Below, one piece after another: positions 20,202 to 31,622 of a stretch of DNA of 64,000 bases; the first letter of the stretch is position 1; each line of letters opens with the position of its first letter. The position numbers and the translations under genes are program-made. The stretch comes from an uncultured delta proteobacterium (GTDB lineage Bacteria > Myxococcota_A > Polyangia > Fen-1088). The DNA lies in the NCBI GenBank assembly GCA_963767925.1, contig CAVYGB010000008.1, forward strand, positions 1,984,001-2,048,000. Direction: 5' to 3'. The notes under the pieces were generated by a model, which worked only from the letters and a program-made list of their open reading frames with translations, did not search any database and was not told the origin of the DNA.

Positions 20202-21317
20202 TCAGGCCCGCTGCCACCCGGACATGCCGCCGGTGGGTGGCGGCGCCTCCGGTTCGCTGGGGGAGGCCTGGCTGGCGGCGGGCGGGCTGGATCCGGTGTA
20301 GACGACGCGAAGGATCTCGGCGACCGCCTCGTAGAGCGCTTCGGGGATCTCGTCCCCCTCCTCCACGTCGCGCAGAGCACGCGCCAGGCTGACGTCCCGG
20401 AAGATCGGCACGCCCGACTCGCGCGCGATCTCCTTGATCTTCTCGGCGAGGATCCGTTCGCCCTTGGCGACAACGAGGGGGGCCTCCTGCGAGTCCTTCT
20501 CGTAGCGAATGGCGACGGCGATGTGATCGGGGTTGACCACCACGAAATCCGCTTTGCGAACGGCGTTCAGCATACGCTGCTGGAGCAGCTCCTTGTGCAG
20601 CCGCATCCGCTCGTGTTTGTGATGCGGGTCACCTTCCTGCTCCTTGTGCTCGCGCTTGACCTCCTCGCGCGTCATCCGCAGCTCCTTCATGTGCCGGTGA
20701 CGCTGCCACAGGAAGTCTCCGAAGCCGATGACCGCGACCACCAGCACCATCCACTGGCCCAGTCGCCCGCTGGCGTGCCCCAGCACCACCAGGAGCTCGC
20801 GAGGGGTGGCCCCCGAGAGCTGGGTCAATGACCGCATGAGCGGCTCGATGGCCGCGTAGGCCACCGCGGCAGCGAGGCCGATCTTAACGAAGCCCTTCAC
20901 CATCTCGACCAGCGACTGCATGCTGACCACCCGCTTGAAGTCGGGCATCAGCTTCTGGGTATCGAACTTCAGCGCCTCCAGCGCGAACACGCCGCCCGTC
21001 TGCATGAATCCGATCCCGATGGCCGCCACCACGGCCGCGATGAGCGGGGCGACGAGGGCGTTCCGCAGGGCCATCAACCCCCGGGTGAGCTGGGGCACGA
21101 CCGTCTTTTCGCTGGCCGCCACCTCGAGGGCGGTCTTCATGTGCGCGAGCAGGCCGCCGATCCATCCCTCCGCGCTCACGCTCAGCACCATGAAGATGGC
21201 GATGAAGACCACCCCCCCGGTCAGATCGCGGCTCATCGCGACCTGACCCTTCTTGCGGGCGTCGGTCAGCCGCTTGTGAGACGGTTCTTCTGTCTTTTCG
21301 CCGGCCGACTCCGCCAT
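20202..21317 (-). CDS. flhB: Type III secretion export switch protein SctU/FlhB family
   Basis: EKTEEPSHKRL..ARKKGQV, LRMTREEVKREHKEQEGDP, NPDHIAVAIRY, APLVVAKG, IPEALYEAVAEIL. Confidence 0.93.
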   Translation of the reverse strand: MAESAGEKTEEPSHKRLTDARKKGQVAMSRDLTGGVVFIAIFMVLSVSAEGWIGGLLAHMKTALEVAASEKTVVPQLTRGLMALRNALVAPLIAAVVAAIGIGFMQTGGVFALEALKFDTQKLMPDFKRVVSMQSLVEMVKGFVKIGLAAAVAYAAIEPLMRSLTQLSGATPRELLVVLGHASGRLGQWMVLVVAVIGFGDFLWQRHRHMKELRMTREEVKREHKEQEGDPHHKHERMRLHKELLQQRMLNAVRKADFVVVNPDHIAVAIRYEKDSQEAPLVVAKGERILAEKIKEIARESGVPIFRDVSLARALRDVEEGDEIPEALYEAVAEILRVVYTGSSPPAASQASPSEPEAPPPTGGMSGWQRA

Positions 21318-21338
21318 GGTTGAGGCCTCCCCTGCCCC

Positions 21339-22130
21339 TCAGCGCCACACGGCGAAGGCCCGCTCCACCATGACGTACCAGCCCCGGAAGGCCCCGCTGA
21401 GCGCGCCCTCGATCCCGCCCAGGCCCACGAGGACGATCCCCACCCCGGCCATCGCCTTGAGGGGCATGCCCACGAAGTAGACCGGGATCTGCGGCGCCAT
21501 CCGGGCGATGGCCCCCAGCACGAGATCGGCCACGAACAGGGCCACGATGGCCGGCGCCGCCAGGGCCAGGGTCGACTCCAGCAACATCGCGGTGGTGATC
21601 ACGACGAGCCGGGCCGCCGCCGCCAGGCTCTCCGGGGTGCCCGACAGGTCGAGGGGGACCGCCTGGTAGCTCCGGGCGAGCGCGGTGGCCACGTGGCCCA
21701 CTCCGCCCATCTCCAGGAAGATCACGGTCGCCAGCAGCAGGAAGATGTCCCCCAGCGGGCTGGCCCGGCCCTCGGTGATCGGGGAGATCACCTCGGCCAT
21801 GTTGGCACCCCGCAAGGTGTCGACGAGGCGGCCCGCCGACTCGGCGGCCCGGAACACCGAGGAGCCCACGAAGCCGACGGTGAAGCCCACCGCGGTCTCG
21901 CGCGCCAGCAGCAGGATCCAGTAGAGCCCCCCCGTCTGGGTCGGCAGGGCGGGCATCACCACCGGCAAGCAGATGGCCGAGAGGGCCAGCCCCAGCCCCA
22001 TGCGCACCTGCGCGGGGACGCTCTGGCCGCCAAAGGCGGGGATCAGGAACGCGATCGGGATGGTACGCATGGCGCCCACCCCCAGGGCCCAGAGCCAGCG
22101 GTCCAGGTCCCTTGGCAGCAAGTCCAGCAT
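21339..22130 (-). CDS. fliR: Type III export gate protein SctT/FliR family
   Basis: Hydrophobic 263 aa; PAFGGQSVPAQVR, AGRLVDTLRG, RMAPQIPVYFVGMPLK. Confidence 0.9.
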   Translation of the reverse strand: MLDLLPRDLDRWLWALGVGAMRTIPIAFLIPAFGGQSVPAQVRMGLGLALSAICLPVVMPALPTQTGGLYWILLLARETAVGFTVGFVGSSVFRAAESAGRLVDTLRGANMAEVISPITEGRASPLGDIFLLLATVIFLEMGGVGHVATALARSYQAVPLDLSGTPESLAAAARLVVITTAMLLESTLALAAPAIVALFVADLVLGAIARMAPQIPVYFVGMPLKAMAGVGIVLVGLGGIEGALSGAFRGWYVMVERAFAVWR

Positions 22131-22143
22131 GGGCCCGTCGCGG

Positions 22144-22422
22144 TCAGCGCAAGGTGGACACCGAGGCCAGGACCGTCTGGGTGAAGCGCAGGAGCTGAGC
22201 GCCCAGCAGCGGCCCGAGCGCCACCAGCACGATCACGACGATCAGCAGCTTGGGCACGAAGGAGACCGTCTGGTCCTGGATCTGGGTGGCGGCCTGGAAC
22301 ACGCCCACGAAGAGACCTATCGCCAGGCTCGCGATCAGCGGCGGCGCCGACAGGACGATCACCAGGAGCAGACCCTCCCGGATCACCCGCAAGACGACAT
22401 CGAGAGCCGAGACGCTAGACAT
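22144..22422 (-). CDS. fliQ: Type III export gate protein SctS/FliQ family
   Basis: GLFVGVFQAATQIQDQTVSFVPKL. Confidence 0.93.
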   Translation of the reverse strand: MSSVSALDVVLRVIREGLLLVIVLSAPPLIASLAIGLFVGVFQAATQIQDQTVSFVPKLLIVVIVLVALGPLLGAQLLRFTQTVLASVSTLR

Positions 22423-23128
22423 AACTCTCCACCAGTCCCCGCAGGATGAGTTGCCAGCCGTCCGCGAGCACGAACAGCAGGAGCTTGAACGGAAGAGAGA
22501 CCGTTGTCGGCGACAACATGTGCATGCCGAGCGCGAGCAAGATGTTGGCGATCACCATGTCGACGACCAGGAAGGGTACGAACAGCAAGAACCCGATCTC
22601 GAAGGCCCGTCGGAGCTCCGAGGTCAAGAAGGCGGGCACGATGATCAGGAGGTCCCGATCGGTGATCCCGGCCCGCTCGGTGGGGGCGCGCATGCGCAGA
22701 GACAGGCCGTGGAACAGCGCCCGGTCGCGGGCGTTGCTGTGCTTGAGCAGGAACTCGCGCAGCGGCTCCTTGACCCGCTCGGCGGCCTGCTCCATCACGG
22801 CGATCGACTGGGCGCTCATCACCGAAGCGCCGGACCCCCGCTCCAGCAAGGGCTCGATCGCCTTGTACATGCGCTCACCGGTCGGCGCCATGACGTAGAG
22901 GGTGAGCAACATGGCCAGGCCCGTGATCACCTGATTCGGGGGGATCTGCGGGGTGCCCAGGGCGCCCTTCAGGATGGAGAGCACCACGGCGATGCGCACG
23001 AAGCTCGTCACCAGAAGCAAGACGAACGGCAGCAACGACAGCGCCGCCATCGCGATGATGAGCGTCAGGGGCCGGGTCGTCAGCGAGCCGCCGCGGTCGG
23101 CGGCCTGCGCCAGCGCCAGTAGGGTCAT
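22415..23128 (-). CDS. fliP: Type III export gate protein SctR/FliP family
   Basis: TSFVRIAVVLSIL..ALGTPQIPPNQV, PAFLTSEL..AFEIGF, LGMHMLSPTTVSLPFKLLLFVLADGW. Confidence 0.93.
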   Translation of the reverse strand: MTLLALAQAADRGGSLTTRPLTLIIAMAALSLLPFVLLLVTSFVRIAVVLSILKGALGTPQIPPNQVITGLAMLLTLYVMAPTGERMYKAIEPLLERGSGASVMSAQSIAVMEQAAERVKEPLREFLLKHSNARDRALFHGLSLRMRAPTERAGITDRDLLIIVPAFLTSELRRAFEIGFLLFVPFLVVDMVIANILLALGMHMLSPTTVSLPFKLLLFVLADGWQLILRGLVESYV

Positions 23129-23162
23129 AGTCCGGGTCCTCCAGGGTTGGGCGCGCGCACGC

Positions 23163-23585
23163 TCAGCCCTCGTGTTCGGTTTCGGGCCGGCTGGGCAGCG
23201 GCTGCGACCGCTCCATCGGGCCGGGACGGGCCAGGATGCGGCTCAAGATCTGGTTGAAGCGACTCCGGGTGGCGCGACCAAGCCGGCTCGCCGCCGGCTC
23301 CTCGACCTTCACCTGGCTGGGGTCGACCTCCGCCAGCAGGGTCATTCCGCCGTCGCTGGCGCCGACCAGGAAACAGCGCCCGGCTGCCTCCAGCAGGAAA
23401 AACGACCGCTTGGGCTCAGGCGAGCAGCGGGCGATGACCCGAATTGGACCGCCGCCGGGACCCATGCCCCGGCGGGATACCCACTTCAGAACGACATACG
23501 CCAGGAGGCAAACCAGTCCCAGCGACAGGAAGCTGAGCGCGACAGAGCCTCCCAGGCCTGGAATTTCCGCAGCCTGAGCGTCCAT
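23163..23585 (-). CDS. fliO: FliO-like protein
   Basis: Single N-terminal TM then 'IRVIARCSPEPKRSFFLLEAAGRCFLVGASDGGMTLLAEV'; directly upstream of fliP. Confidence 0.7.
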   Translation of the reverse strand: MDAQAAEIPGLGGSVALSFLSLGLVCLLAYVVLKWVSRRGMGPGGGPIRVIARCSPEPKRSFFLLEAAGRCFLVGASDGGMTLLAEVDPSQVKVEEPAASRLGRATRSRFNQILSRILARPGPMERSQPLPSRPETEHEG

Positions 23586-23629
23586 AGGAGCCTGGTCGTC
23601 TTACCACAGGCCCCCCTTCCGGCGGGAAG

Positions 23630-24295
23630 CTACTTTTTCTTGGCCTTAACGGACTCGGACTTTCCCGCGGCCTTCGCCGAGGGCTTGGCCTTGGCCGAAG
23701 GACCGGTGGCCTGCTTGGCCCGCTGCTTGGCGGCGCCGCGGGTCCCCTCGTCGTCGGAGGACTTCGCCTTGGCTGCCTTGGCAGGCTTCTCGCCCTTTTC
23801 AGCCTTGCCACCGGCGGCCTTCTTGCCTGCGGAAGCCCCCTTGGCTCCCGCCTCGGGCTCCGGCTGCTCCGCCACCGCTGGCTGACCGTCGGGGATCAGC
23901 TCGAGGAGCGAGATCGGCGCCGCGTCGCCCGGCCGGTTGCCGATCTTGACGATGCGGGTGTACCCGCCCGGTCGCCCGAGATAACGGGGGCCGATCTCGT
24001 CGAACAGCTTGACCACCGCACCCCGGTCCCGCACCCAGCGACGGGCCATGCGAACCGCGTGAACGACGCGGGCCTTCTCCTCGCGCGTCCGCGACTCCGG
24101 CTCCTTGGTGAGCACGTCGCCCAGCCGCCGGGCCAGCGTGATGGTCCGCTCCGCGATCCGCCGGGTTGCCTTCGCCTTGGCGTCGGTGGTTCGGATGCGC
24201 TCGTGCGTGAACAGCGAGGCGATCAGGTTGGAAAAGAGCGCCCGCCGGTGAGCCGACGTACGCGATAAATGGACTCCAGCACGTTGATGTCGCAT
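23630..24295 (-). CDS. rplQ: 50S ribosomal protein L17 with internal insert and long Lys/Ala-rich tail
   Basis: MRHQRAGVHLSRTSAHRRAL, RPGGYTRIVKIG.RPGDAA. Confidence 0.97.
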   Translation of the reverse strand: MRHQRAGVHLSRTSAHRRALFSNLIASLFTHERIRTTDAKAKATRRIAERTITLARRLGDVLTKEPESRTREEKARVVHAVRMARRWVRDRGAVVKLFDEIGPRYLGRPGGYTRIVKIGNRPGDAAPISLLELIPDGQPAVAEQPEPEAGAKGASAGKKAAGGKAEKGEKPAKAAKAKSSDDEGTRGAAKQRAKQATGPSAKAKPSAKAAGKSESVKAKKK

Positions 24296-24399
24296 GGGAA
24301 GGCCTGAGCCGTGAAGTGCTCTCGCTGTTGGTGATTCTTGGGGCGCTCCTGGGGCGTTTCCCAGGGCGCTGCTTGGGGCGTCTCTTTAAAGGCGTCTCT

Positions 24400-25437
<1,038 letters not shown>

Positions 25438-25490
25438 CTTCTTCTCCTCTCGGTCCTAGGCCGTCAAACTCTTGCCGCTGCTCACCCGGA

Positions 25491-26120
25491 TCACCTCGAG
25501 TAGAGCTCGACGATGAGCTGCTCGCGGATCGGCATGGTGAGATCGTCCCGGGACGGCAACGCCGTCAACTTTCCCTCGAAGGCGTCCTTGCTGAGCTGCA
25601 ACCACTTGGGCACGCCCCGCCGCTCCACCGCCGCCAGGCTCTCCTGGACACGGGTGATCTTGCGGGAACCCTCCCGCACGGAGATGGCGTCGCTGGCCCG
25701 GCAAAGGAAAGAGGGGATGTCCACCTTGCGACCGTTGACCCGCAGGTGCCCGTGGCGGACGAGCTGGCGAGCCTCGGCGTGGTCGGAGGCGAAGCCCAGC
25801 CGGTAGACCACGTTGTCCAGGCGCCGCTCGAGGAGCTGGAGCAAGTTCTCGCCGGTCACGCCCTTCATGCGGACGGCCTTGAAGTAGTAGCCCCGGAACT
25901 GCCGCTCGGCGAGGCCGTACATACGCTTGACCTTCTGCTTCTCGCGGAGCTGCAGGCCATAGTTGGACAGCTTGCGACGGCGAGCCTGGCCGTGCTGACC
26001 GGGGGCGTAAGCCCGCCGCTCGTAGCCGCACTTGTCGGTGTAGCAGCGATCGCCCTTGAGGAAGAGCTTCATGTCTTCGCGGCGGCAAAGACGACAGACC
26101 GGACCAGAGTATTTCGCCAT
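25491..26120 (-). CDS. rpsD: 30S ribosomal protein S4 (Cys/zinc type)
   Basis: [31 protein letters not shown]. Confidence 0.99.
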   Translation of the reverse strand: MAKYSGPVCRLCRREDMKLFLKGDRCYTDKCGYERRAYAPGQHGQARRRKLSNYGLQLREKQKVKRMYGLAERQFRGYYFKAVRMKGVTGENLLQLLERRLDNVVYRLGFASDHAEARQLVRHGHLRVNGRKVDIPSFLCRASDAISVREGSRKITRVQESLAAVERRGVPKWLQLSKDAFEGKLTALPSRDDLTMPIREQLIVELYSR

Positions 26121-26144
26121 GGATGCTGAGCTTTCTCGAGGACC

Positions 26145-26543
26145 TTAAACGCGCCTGCGCTTGGGCGGCCGGCAACCGTTGTGGGGAATGGGGGTCAAAT
26201 CGCGGATGAGGCTGATGCGCAGGCCGGTCGCGGCCAGGGCCCGCAGGGCCGATTCGCGCCCCGCCCCGGGTCCCTTGATGAACACGTTCACCGACTTCAT
26301 CCCGTGCTCCATCGCCTTGTGAGCGGCGTCTTCCGCGGCGAGCTGGGCGGCGAAGGGGGTCGACTTGCGCGAGCCCTTGAACCCCTTCACACCCGAGGAG
26401 GACCAGGCCACCACGTTGCCCGAGACGTCGGTGATGGTGACGATGGTGTTGTTGAACGAGGCGGTGATGTGCGCGATCCCGCTCTGGACGTTCTTCTTGG
26501 CCTTCTTCGCCTTGGGCTTCTTCTCGGCTGTTTCGGTCGACAT
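26145..26543 (-). CDS. rpsK: 30S ribosomal protein S11
   Basis: [33 protein letters not shown]. Confidence 0.99.
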   Translation of the reverse strand: MSTETAEKKPKAKKAKKNVQSGIAHITASFNNTIVTITDVSGNVVAWSSSGVKGFKGSRKSTPFAAQLAAEDAAHKAMEHGMKSVNVFIKGPGAGRESALRALAATGLRISLIRDLTPIPHNGCRPPKRRRV

Positions 26544-26589
26544 CGGTGGCTTTGATCCTCTCGTGTTGGCTCGGCGGCGAGGTCTCGGC

Positions 26590-26976
26590 TCAGGCGCCCG
26601 GTCCGTCTTTGCGCTTGATCATCTGACCCTTACGCGGCCCCTTACGGGTCCGGGCGTTGGTGTGGGTGCGCTGACCGCGCACGGGGAGATTTCGGCGGTG
26701 GCGCAAGCCCCGGTAGCAGCCGAGGTCCATGAGGCGCTTGATGTTCATGGCGACGTCGCGTCGCAGATCACCCTCCACCTTGAGCTGCAAGGACTCGATG
26801 ACCTCGCGGATCCGGCGGGCTTCAGCATCGTCGAGATCGTCGCTTCGCTTGTCGAGCGACACCTCGGCCGCCCGCAGGATCTGGCGGGATCTCATCTTGC
26901 CCACGCCATAAAGGTACGTGAGCGCAACTTCCATTCGTTTGTTGCGGGGCAGGTCAACGCCGGCGATACGGGCCAT
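26590..26976 (-). CDS. rpsM: 30S ribosomal protein S13
   Basis: [36 protein letters not shown]. Confidence 0.99.
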   Translation of the reverse strand: MARIAGVDLPRNKRMEVALTYLYGVGKMRSRQILRAAEVSLDKRSDDLDDAEARRIREVIESLQLKVEGDLRRDVAMNIKRLMDLGCYRGLRHRRNLPVRGQRTHTNARTRKGPRKGQMIKRKDGPGA

Positions 26977-27006
26977 GGGTCTTGGGCTCTCCTTGCGGTG
27001 GGCGGA

Positions 27007-27120
27007 TCAGCCTTGGCGCTGCTTGTGGCGCGCGTTCTCGCAGATCACCCGCACGACACCGCGCCGCCGGATGACTTTGCATTTCTCACAAACCTTCTTG
27101 ACCGATGCTCTGACCTTCAT
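27007..27120 (-). CDS. rpmJ: 50S ribosomal protein L36
   Basis: [37 protein letters not shown]. Confidence 0.98.
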   Translation of the reverse strand: MKVRASVKKVCEKCKVIRRRGVVRVICENARHKQRQG

Positions 27121-27199
27121 GACAAATACTTCCCCACGACAATCGAGCGATTGATTTGAAACGGGGCCTTCTCGCGTTTCCCGGCTCTGTCGGCTCTCC

Positions 27200-27958
27200 T
27201 CAAGAGGCACGAGATAACACGTAGGGCCCCTCCTCGGTGATGGCCACCGAGTGCTCAAAATGGGCGGAGAGGCTACCATCTTTGGTCACAGCCGTCCAGC
27301 CGTCTTCCTCGATGACCACCTCGGGCCCCCCGGCGTTGATCATCGGCTCGATGGCGATGACCATACCGGCGCTGAGCCGCCCCCCCTTGCCCCGCTCACC
27401 GTAGTTCGGGACGTGGGGCGCCTCGTGCATCTCGCGCCCGATCCCGTGACCGACGAACTGGGTGACGACGGAGAAGCCCTTCGCCTCGACGAATGACTGG
27501 ATCGCCCAGCCGATGTCCCCCAGCCGGTGGCCTGGAGCGCACTGCGCTATGGCCAGATCCAGCGCGTCTCGCGTGGAATCCATCAGGGCCTGGGCCTCCG
27601 GCGTGACCTTCTTGCCCACGGCGATGGTCCGGGCCGAATCGCCGCACCAACCGTCCTTGAACGCCCCGAAGTCGACCGAGACGATGTCCCCGTCATCAAG
27701 GATGACGTCCTTGCGGGGGATGCCATGGACCACCACGCTGTTGACCGAGGTGCAGAGCACTGCCGGATACCCCCGGTAGCCCAGGAACGCCGATTCCCCC
27801 TTGAGGTGCTTGAGGCGCCGCGAGGCCACCTCGTTGAGCTCCCAGGTGCTGACGCCGGCGGCGATGGCCGCCTCCACCGCATCGAGCACGTCGGCGACGA
27901 TGAGGTTGGCCTCTCGCATCTTGGCGATCTGGGCCGTGGTCTTGAGCTGGATTCCCAT
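27200..27958 (-). CDS. map: Methionine aminopeptidase type I
   Basis: [41 protein letters not shown]. Confidence 0.98.
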   Translation of the reverse strand: MGIQLKTTAQIAKMREANLIVADVLDAVEAAIAAGVSTWELNEVASRRLKHLKGESAFLGYRGYPAVLCTSVNSVVVHGIPRKDVILDDGDIVSVDFGAFKDGWCGDSARTIAVGKKVTPEAQALMDSTRDALDLAIAQCAPGHRLGDIGWAIQSFVEAKGFSVVTQFVGHGIGREMHEAPHVPNYGERGKGGRLSAGMVIAIEPMINAGGPEVVIEEDGWTAVTKDGSLSAHFEHSVAITEEGPYVLSRAS

Positions 27959-28013
27959 TCAGCGACCCTTCGACCGCCAACGCCTGCTCGAGCACCGGGA
28001 GGGGGACGCCATG

Positions 28014-29363
28014 TCAGGAGGAGCTCACCGGACCGACGGTGCGTCCACCGCGGCCACGGATGCGGGGCCCCTTGGGACCGGTGAAGCCCTCGTAGTTCCG
28101 GGTGATGAGGTGCGACTCGATCTGCTGGACGGTGTCGAGCGCCACCCCGACCACGATCATCAGCCCGGTGCCGCCGAACTGGAAGGGGACCCCAAGCTGC
28201 ACGCTCAGCAAGGTCGGCAACACGCAGACCGCCGAGACGTAGACCGCACCCCCGAAGGTGATGCGGGTGAGGACCTGGTCGATGTAAGCGGCGGTAGCCT
28301 TGCCCGGGCGGATCCCGGGGATGAAACCGCCGTACTTCCGCATGTTGTCCGCGACGTCGACCGGATTGAAGGTGACCGCGGTGTAGAAGTAGCAAAAGAA
28401 GATGATGAGCCCGACGTAGATCACGTTGTAGCGCCAGTCCGCGGGGTGAAGGGCGTCCGAGAACGACTTCACCCAGGGGTTCTGGACGAACGAGGCGATC
28501 TGCTGCGGAAACATCAGGATCGAGGAGGCGAAGATGGGGGGGATGACCCCCGCCGTGTTCACCTTCAGCGGCAGGTGCGTCGACTGGCCGCCGAACATCT
28601 TGCGGCCCACGAGGCGCTTCGCATATTGGACCGGGATCCGTCTTTGACCCCGTTCGAAGAAGATGATGCCGGCCATGACCAGCACGACGATGACCCCCAG
28701 CACCGCCAGGGCGAACACCGTGATGTCTCCCCCCTGGGCCTTCTGGAAGAGCTGGAAGACCGCCTGGGGCAGATCGCAGACGATGCCGGCGAAGATGATG
28801 AGCGAGATGCCGTTGCCGATGCCGCGCTCGGTGATCTGTTCACCCAGCCACATGATGAACGCCGTCCCGGTGGTCAGCGAGATCATGGTGATGAGGTAAA
28901 AGTGCCAGCCGGGATCGGGGACCACCTCGCCGTACTGGGCGTACTGCGTATTGTTCGCGATCAGCCAGCGGGCAATGAAGAACGACTGGATGAGCGCAAG
29001 GACGATGCAGCCGTAACGCGTGTACTGGTTGAGGCGGCGACGGCCCAGCTCACCTTCCCGCTGGATCTGCTCGAGCTTGGGAACGACGACGGTCAGGAGC
29101 TGCAGAATGATCGAGGCGCTGATGTACGGCATGATGCCGAGCGCGAAGATCGACATCTGCTCGAGCGCCCCGCCCGAGAACATGTTGAAAAGTCCCAGGA
29201 ACGAACCGGAGGCCTGGTTGATGATCTTCGTCATCACGCCGCGGTTCACGCCCGGCGTGGTCACGAAGACGCCGAAGCGGTAAACGGCCAGCAGCGCCAG
29301 GGTAAACAGCAGACGCCGGCGTAGCTCCGGGATCTTGCCGACGTTCTGGAACGCAGACGCCAT
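28014..29363 (-). CDS. secY: Preprotein translocase SecY
   Basis: [40 protein letters not shown]. Confidence 0.99.
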   Translation of the reverse strand: MASAFQNVGKIPELRRRLLFTLALLAVYRFGVFVTTPGVNRGVMTKIINQASGSFLGLFNMFSGGALEQMSIFALGIMPYISASIILQLLTVVVPKLEQIQREGELGRRRLNQYTRYGCIVLALIQSFFIARWLIANNTQYAQYGEVVPDPGWHFYLITMISLTTGTAFIMWLGEQITERGIGNGISLIIFAGIVCDLPQAVFQLFQKAQGGDITVFALAVLGVIVVLVMAGIIFFERGQRRIPVQYAKRLVGRKMFGGQSTHLPLKVNTAGVIPPIFASSILMFPQQIASFVQNPWVKSFSDALHPADWRYNVIYVGLIIFFCYFYTAVTFNPVDVADNMRKYGGFIPGIRPGKATAAYIDQVLTRITFGGAVYVSAVCVLPTLLSVQLGVPFQFGGTGLMIVVGVALDTVQQIESHLITRNYEGFTGPKGPRIRGRGGRTVGPVSSS

Positions 29364-29371
29364 GGCTTGCC

Positions 29372-29830
29372 TTAAGCCTCGAGCACTTCGACGGAGCCGC
29401 CCGCCTTTTCGATCTTGGCCTTGGCGGTAGCCGAGAAGGCGTGGGCCTTGACGACCATCTTCTTGCTCAGCTCGCCGTCACCAAGGATCTTGACCCGCTT
29501 GCAACGGCGAGGCACCAGGCCCGCCTGCTGCAGCTCAGGCACGCCGACGGTGCCGCCACCGTCGAAGGTGTCCTCGAGGTGCCCGATGTTGACCGGGAAG
29601 TATTCCACCCGGAACGGATTCTTGAAGCCGACCTTGGGCAGCCGACGCTGCATCGGCATCTGACCACCCTCGAAGCCGAAGCGGGCACCGTGGTGACCGG
29701 TGCGGGCCTTCTGGCCCTTGACGCCCTTGCCTGACTGTTCGCCCGTGCCCGAGCCGGGGCCGCGGCCGATGCGCTTGCGGTTCCGGGTGGCGCCGCGAGG
29801 GCCTTTCAAATTGTGCAGTGAGCTCCCCAT
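29372..29830 (-). CDS. rplO: 50S ribosomal protein L15
   Basis: [22 protein letters not shown]. Confidence 0.98.
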   Translation of the reverse strand: MGSSLHNLKGPRGATRNRKRIGRGPGSGTGEQSGKGVKGQKARTGHHGARFGFEGGQMPMQRRLPKVGFKNPFRVEYFPVNIGHLEDTFDGGGTVGVPELQQAGLVPRRCKRVKILGDGELSKKMVVKAHAFSATAKAKIEKAGGSVEVLEA

Positions 29831-29863
29831 GATGTTCCTCTCGCCGGGCTGTTCCCGAAGGCT

Positions 29864-30049
29864 CTACTCGGCGGCCTCGACCTTGACCAGGTGGGCCACT
29901 GCGCGGATCATGCCACGAACTGCCTGATTGTCCGGCACCTCGACGCTCATGTTCATGCGCCGCAGACCCAGATGGCGGATGGTCCGCTTCTGCGCCTCGA
30001 GCCGATTGATGCCGCTACGGATCAGGGTGACTTTGAGTTTCTTGGCCAT
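29864..30049 (-). CDS. rpmD: 50S ribosomal protein L30
   Basis: KVTLIRS...LGLRR...RGMI..VAHLV; position in spc operon. Confidence 0.96.
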   Translation of the reverse strand: MAKKLKVTLIRSGINRLEAQKRTIRHLGLRRMNMSVEVPDNQAVRGMIRAVAHLVKVEAAE

Positions 30050-30056
30050 TGGCGTT

Positions 30057-30557
30057 CTACCCTGCGAGCTCCTCGGGCCTCTTGCCGCGCAGAGCGGCCA
30101 CGTCGCCGGCGCTGCGCAGTTGTTTCAAGGCGTCGATGGTGGCGTGAATGACGTTGTGGGGATTGGAGGTGCCGATGCACTTGGTGAGGATGTCCTGCAC
30201 CCCGGAGACCTCGAGCACGGGCCGAACCGCTCCCCCGGCGATGACGCCGGTACCCGGACCGGCCGGTCGCAACACCACCACCCCGGCCCCGAACTGCCCC
30301 TTGACCTCGTGCGGGATGGTCCCGTTGATGAGCGGGATCTTGAACAGGTTCTTCTTCGCCTGTTCTGTCCCCTTGCGGATGGCTTCGGGCACCTCGTTGG
30401 CCTTACCCAGCCCGGCGCCCACGAATCCGCGTTGATCGCCCACGACCACCAGCGCCGAGAACGAGAAGCGCCGCCCGCCCTTGACCACCTTCGCCACGCG
30501 GTTGATGAAGACGACGCTGTCGACCAGCTCGCCAACTTCTTCGTAATTGATCGCCAT
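30057..30557 (-). CDS. rpsE: 30S ribosomal protein S5
   Basis: [24 protein letters not shown]. Confidence 0.99.
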   Translation of the reverse strand: MAINYEEVGELVDSVVFINRVAKVVKGGRRFSFSALVVVGDQRGFVGAGLGKANEVPEAIRKGTEQAKKNLFKIPLINGTIPHEVKGQFGAGVVVLRPAGPGTGVIAGGAVRPVLEVSGVQDILTKCIGTSNPHNVIHATIDALKQLRSAGDVAALRGKRPEELAG

Positions 30558-30579
30558 CGTCTACCTTTCCAATCGCTCT

Positions 30580-31002
30580 CTAGAAATCCAGGCCGCCCTC
30601 GCGCGCGCCCGCGGCCACGGCGGACACCCGGCCGTGGTACTTGTAGCCGCCGCGATCGAAGACCACCTTCGAGATGCCCTTCTCGAGGCAGAGCTTGGCC
30701 AGGGCCGCGCCGACCAGCTTGGCCCGCTCGCTCTTCTTCGGCGGCTTCTCGGCGCTGGCTTCCTTCTTCACGCTGACCTTCTCGGCCTTGGCGCCGCTCT
30801 TCTTGTCCTGCGTGCCCTCCTTTTTCGCCAGGTCGGAGGCGGCCACCAGGGTCTTCTTGGCCAGATCGTCGATCACCTGGGCATAGATGTGCTTCGCGCT
30901 GCGAAAGACGACCAGCCGTGGCCTTTCGGCCGTCCCGGAAATCCGCTTCCGAAGCGAGCGGTGGCGGACTATGCGGCTCTGAAGCTTGCTCTTGCGGGCC
31001 AT
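30580..31002 (-). CDS. rplR: 50S ribosomal protein L18 with Lys-rich insertion
   Basis: [33 protein letters not shown]. Confidence 0.98.
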   Translation of the reverse strand: MARKSKLQSRIVRHRSLRKRISGTAERPRLVVFRSAKHIYAQVIDDLAKKTLVAASDLAKKEGTQDKKSGAKAEKVSVKKEASAEKPPKKSERAKLVGAALAKLCLEKGISKVVFDRGGYKYHGRVSAVAAGAREGGLDF

Positions 31003-31064
31003 GACGTCGTTCTCCGTCTTCCTTGAGTCTCTCTGGCGTGACTGCTGGTTCCGAGCGTGGGCGG

Positions 31065-31622
31065 TTACTTGCCGCCACCGCCGCCGCTGGTCGCGCCGGC
31101 CTTGCCGACCTTGCGCTTGATGACCTCTTCGGCGTATTTGACGCCCTTGCCCTTGTAGGGCTCAGGCGGGCGCAGATCGCGGATCTTGGCCGCGGTCTGC
31201 CCCAGGATGTCCCGGTCGGCCGAGTTGAGGAAGACCCTGTTCTTCTCCACCTTGGCGGCAACCCCCTTGGGCAGCTTGAACACCACTGGGTGGGAGTAGC
31301 CGAGCTGCATGGTGAGGGTCTCACTCGAGACCTCGGCCCGGTAACCGACGCCGTTGATCTCCAGCTCGCGGGTCCAGCCGTCGGTGACGCCCTTGATCAT
31401 GTTGGCGAGCTGGGCCCGGATGAGACCGTGTTTGGCCCGGTTCGGCTGGGAGTCGTCAGCCCGCTCGACGGCGAGCTGGCTGGCGGAGACCTTGATCGTG
31501 ACCCCACCCGGGAGCGGCTTCTTCAGCTCCCCCTTGGGGCCCTTGACGCCGAAGGAACCGGCGCTCTGTGAGAAGGCCACCCCCTTCGGCAGCGGAAGCG
31601 GTTTGCGACCGATACGGGACAT
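31065..31622 (-). CDS. rplF: 50S ribosomal protein L6
   Basis: [25 protein letters not shown]. Confidence 0.99.
   Translation of the reverse strand: MSRIGRKPLPLPKGVAFSQSAGSFGVKGPKGELKKPLPGGVTIKVSASQLAVERADDSQPNRAKHGLIRAQLANMIKGVTDGWTRELEINGVGYRAEVSSETLTMQLGYSHPVVFKLPKGVAAKVEKNRVFLNSADRDILGQTAAKIRDLRPPEPYKGKGVKYAEEVIKRKVGKAGATSGGGGGK

Noticed and set aside
17723..20473. PriA with a 95-aa N-terminal extension as in the ORF track
   Set aside because: The extension overlaps flhB in another frame; ATG 20185 is the sensible start
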